From a virus (taxonomy: Duplodnaviria > Caudoviricetes), in the IMG/VR virus record IMGVR_UViG_3300027956_000035, positions 1-26,446 of that record: 26,446 bases of DNA; one strand, written 5' to 3'. The notes beneath the pieces were generated by a model that was not told where the DNA came from, did no database searches, and was given only the letters and a program-made list of their open reading frames with translations. Positions 23,774 through 26,446 of this stretch are shown here, piece after piece. Position 1 is the first letter of the stretch, and the number at the start of each line of letters is the position of its first letter. A program made the position numbers and the translations under genes.

Positions 23774-25844
23774 AACACCCAACAGCAAAGAGGTTGCGGA
23801 TGTTGTTGCTATACTGGACAACATTAAAAACGGGGTTTATGAGGATGTAGCGCATGCCGTAAGGATTGCAAAAAACGAAGAGGAAAAGAAAGCGGCAAAA
23901 AATAAGGCTCCGATTATAACCGTTTCGGGTACGTTTACTCAACGTAAAAATGATGCGCTTATTTCCCATAGTGGATTAATTGCGATGGACTTTGACGACA
24001 TAAATGACTATGGAGATGCCTTTAATTTGCTTATTAATGATCCGTACAGTTACGCTGTGTTTATGTCTATTTCGGGTAAAGGTATTTGTTGCTTGGTTAA
24101 AATAGATGGCAAGCGGCACCTGGATGCGTTTTTAGGATTAGAGCAGTATTATTACGAAAATTACAAGCTGCAAGTTGATCGGGCATGTAAAGACGTTTCA
24201 AGGCCTCGTTTTTTATCTTATGATCCTGATTTATTTTTAAATGAGCAATCTCAAGTATTTAAATTATATCCAAAAAAAGAAACCAAACAGCAACAGCAAA
24301 AAATCAATAATTTTAGCGGAGGCAATCATTATTCGCAGAAATTTGAACTGATTTTATCGCGTATAAATAAAGACTTAACCAATGATTATGCGGACTGGTT
24401 AAAGATTGGTTTTGCTATTGCGTCGGAGTATGGTGAGGGCGGTTTGGATTACTTTAAATATGTTAGCTCATTTAGCCATAAATACAATGAATTTGAGTGC
24501 GAAAAAAAATATAAAACACTTTTAGGCGACGCAAGTAATGGAGTAAATATTAGCTCATTTTATTATATCTGTCAACAAAACGGCATCGACATAGCAGACC
24601 AGCGCGAAGTAGACCAACGCAAAGAAATTCAGCGTTTAAAACAATTGGGAAAAACTAAACAAGAGGTTATACAGGCAATCCCAAACGCAATAAATGAGAT
24701 AGTAGATTTTGAATTTAATAGGCAAACACCTGCAAAAAATAATCAATTAGATATAAATTTAGTAGAGCAATTTATTCGCGAAAAATACCCTATTAAAAAA
24801 AATGAGGTTACGAGGTTTTACGAGCTGGACGGTGTGCAATTGGAGCAGCAAGATTTAAACACGATTTACATAGATGTTAAAAAGGTTTTTTCTAAGGCTT
24901 CCAGGGAGATAATCGAATCAATTATATTTTCAAATTATACTGAAAAATATAACCCTTTGCTTGATTATTTCAACGGCTTAAAATGGGATGGAAAAGATCA
25001 TTTAGCAGAGTTAACTCATGTAATTACTTCGAGTACTGGAGACTTTGCCTATAGGCTTCACGGGCTTCAATATTGGTTGTGTGGTATAATTGATAGCGTT
25101 ATTAACCAGGAACCAAATCTATTGTGCTTAGTTTTAGCAGGGCAACAAAACACGGGTAAGTCAACGTTTTTTACTAAACTACTTCCGAGTGAATTAAAGA
25201 AATATTTTAGCACTTCACAGCTTGATAGGGGCAAGGATGATGAAATTCTTATGTGTCAATCGCTTATCATATTTGATGATGAATTTAGCGGCAAATCCAA
25301 GCAGGATGCAAAACAAATGAAGCGCTTACTATCTGCGCACTCATTTACTTTACGGGAGCCTTACGGGCGTCAAAACGTAACGCTTAAGCGCTTAGCTACT
25401 CTTTGTGGTACATGTAATGAATTAGATGTATTAAACGATCCAACAGGAAATAGGCGCTTTATTGTGTATGACATCAATGGACAGTTTGATTATGAGAGAT
25501 ACAATAAGATAGATAAATCACAACTATTTGCGCAATGTGTCGAGCTGGTTAACACCGGTAAACATAGGGATAAATACGATATATTCCTGCAGGATTTACA
25601 AGACTTAAGCGCTGAGTTTATGGAGGTTAGCATAGAAGAGGAACTACTTAACGAGTTCTTTGAACCTAGTGTCTATGGCGCGTTCTACCAAACGACCAAA
25701 ATAAAGGACATAATTGAAGAGCATACGCAACAGAAGTTAGGTGTTAAAAAGCTAGGTCAAGCACTTAACAAATTGAAATTTAATAGAATAAAACAGAATG
25801 GGATATATGGCTACATGGCAACAAGGATCCGACCAAACGGGTAA
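23745..25844 (+). CDS. Primase-helicase: BT4734/VirE-N primase-like domain + PriCT-2-like domain + VirE/VapE P-loop ATPase
   Basis: 'SGTF...HSGLIAMDFD', 'SISGKG', 'KDVSRPRFLSYDP', 'YADWLKIGFAI', Walker A GQQNTGKST, 'IIFDDE', 'LNDPTGNRRF'. Confidence 0.88.
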   Translation: MKVSYYQSIKTPNSKEVADVVAILDNIKNGVYEDVAHAVRIAKNEEEKKAAKNKAPIITVSGTFTQRKNDALISHSGLIAMDFDDINDYGDAFNLLINDPYSYAVFMSISGKGICCLVKIDGKRHLDAFLGLEQYYYENYKLQVDRACKDVSRPRFLSYDPDLFLNEQSQVFKLYPKKETKQQQQKINNFSGGNHYSQKFELILSRINKDLTNDYADWLKIGFAIASEYGEGGLDYFKYVSSFSHKYNEFECEKKYKTLLGDASNGVNISSFYYICQQNGIDIADQREVDQRKEIQRLKQLGKTKQEVIQAIPNAINEIVDFEFNRQTPAKNNQLDINLVEQFIREKYPIKKNEVTRFYELDGVQLEQQDLNTIYIDVKKVFSKASREIIESIIFSNYTEKYNPLLDYFNGLKWDGKDHLAELTHVITSSTGDFAYRLHGLQYWLCGIIDSVINQEPNLLCLVLAGQQNTGKSTFFTKLLPSELKKYFSTSQLDRGKDDEILMCQSLIIFDDEFSGKSKQDAKQMKRLLSAHSFTLREPYGRQNVTLKRLATLCGTCNELDVLNDPTGNRRFIVYDINGQFDYERYNKIDKSQLFAQCVELVNTGKHRDKYDIFLQDLQDLSAEFMEVSIEEELLNEFFEPSVYGAFYQTTKIKDIIEEHTQQKLGVKKLGQALNKLKFNRIKQNGIYGYMATRIRPNG

Positions 25845-26059
25845 CTTGGGTAACTTCAGGGTAACTTCTAGCCAACGAAGTTACCCCATGAAGATATCAG
25901 TAAACACTAGGTACTTCGTTAATCGGGTAACTTGGGTAAGATATATTTCTAATAAATGTGTGAGATATATAGATACATATATACATACATATATACATTA
26001 TGTAATTGCTTAAATAATATGTACTACTTTTTTCGTTACCCAACTTACCCAACTTACCC
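25839..26059. repeat. Putative replication origin: nine GGGTAA(C/G) repeats around an AT-rich core
   Basis: Forward copies at 25839, 25848, 25859, 25925, 25934. Reverse copies at 25880, 26035, 26044, 26053. AT-rich TA/CA tract at ~25941-26030. Directly downstream of the primase-helicase. Confidence 0.7.
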
Positions 26060-26061
26060 TA

Positions 26062-26337
26062 ATGCCAACAAAACCACAACCTAAAATAAAAGCTAAATCA
26101 TTTAATAACAAGCCGTTATATGATAAAGGTGAGTATAACACAACTCAATGGAGAAAACTCAGAATGATTATTTTAAACGACGAGCCAATGTGCAGAGAGT
26201 GTAAACGTAAAGCTGCGAGTGTCATTGATCACATTCAGCCGATACGATTAGGCGGTGAGTTCTGGAGTATGGAAAACCTACAGCCATTGTGTACTGGATG
26301 CCACAACAGTAAGTCAGGAAAGGAAAGTAAGCTTTGA
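26062..26337 (+). CDS. HNH endonuclease (HK97 gp74-like terminase cofactor)
   Basis: 'CREC...VIDHIQP...GG...NLQPLCTGCHNSKS'. Last gene, adjacent to terS if the ends are joined. Confidence 0.9.
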   Translation: MPTKPQPKIKAKSFNNKPLYDKGEYNTTQWRKLRMIILNDEPMCRECKRKAASVIDHIQPIRLGGEFWSMENLQPLCTGCHNSKSGKESKL

Positions 26338-26446
26338 AATTGGTGATTATTTCGCAGTGCGGTGCAGCGGCATGTATAGAAGTAGTGACAACAGCACCGC
26401 GCGTCCCCGTATGGGGGTGTAAAACCCCACCCCTATCCCCCGAAAC

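Noticed and set aside
181-23969. Numerous short antisense or alternate-frame ORFs inside long genes (e.g. 4178-4447, 7204-7500, 14100-14378, 20003-20344)
   Set aside because: They are shadows of well-supported genes on the other strand or frame and have no recognisable motifs.
25839-26059. CRISPR array, or the 71-aa ORF 25798-26013
   Set aside because: The repeats are 7-9 nt, in both orientations and without regular spacers. The ORF is a translation of the repeats and the AT tract.
1-26446. Genome-wide amber stop-codon recoding
   Set aside because: All core genes are intact in the standard code with high coding density and are not broken by in-frame TAG. The CUA reading of the tRNA-like RNA is also structurally poor.

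Overview
The window looks like an essentially complete ~26.4 kb tailed phage genome (siphovirus, HK97-type head), given end to end. It starts just before terS and stops just after an HNH terminase cofactor, as expected for a cos-type phage. The host is probably Bacteroidota, inferred from the VirE/BT4734-type primase-helicase, TAnnTTTG-like promoters and the general lack of Shine-Dalgarno sites. Gene order: packaging/head (terS, terL, portal, protease, capsid), neck/tail with a clear -1 frameshift chaperone, tape measure, tail tip, modular fibre/receptor-binding genes, lysis (holin-like proteins, u-spanin-like lipoprotein, GH108 endolysin), a reverse-strand RecET-like pair, a non-coding RNA cluster, replication genes (SSB, SF2 helicase, VRR-NUC, DnaA-domain-IV protein, primase-helicase), a repeat-rich origin and HNH. 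I recognised no integrase or DNA polymerase. The most unusual signals are: (1) a compact RNA cluster with a class II tRNA-like molecule whose anticodon arm is degenerate, a two-hairpin spacer element and a canonical tRNA-Gln; (2) a tail-completion gene in an odd position carrying an LLxEDG repeat tail; (3) a GC-rich multi-hairpin element after the capsid gene; (4) an unannotated basic 38-aa YRGQGR peptide in the lysis cassette; (5) promoter motifs 4-5 nt from start codons, implying leaderless mRNAs. All calls are by eye from motifs and synteny; no database searches were run.
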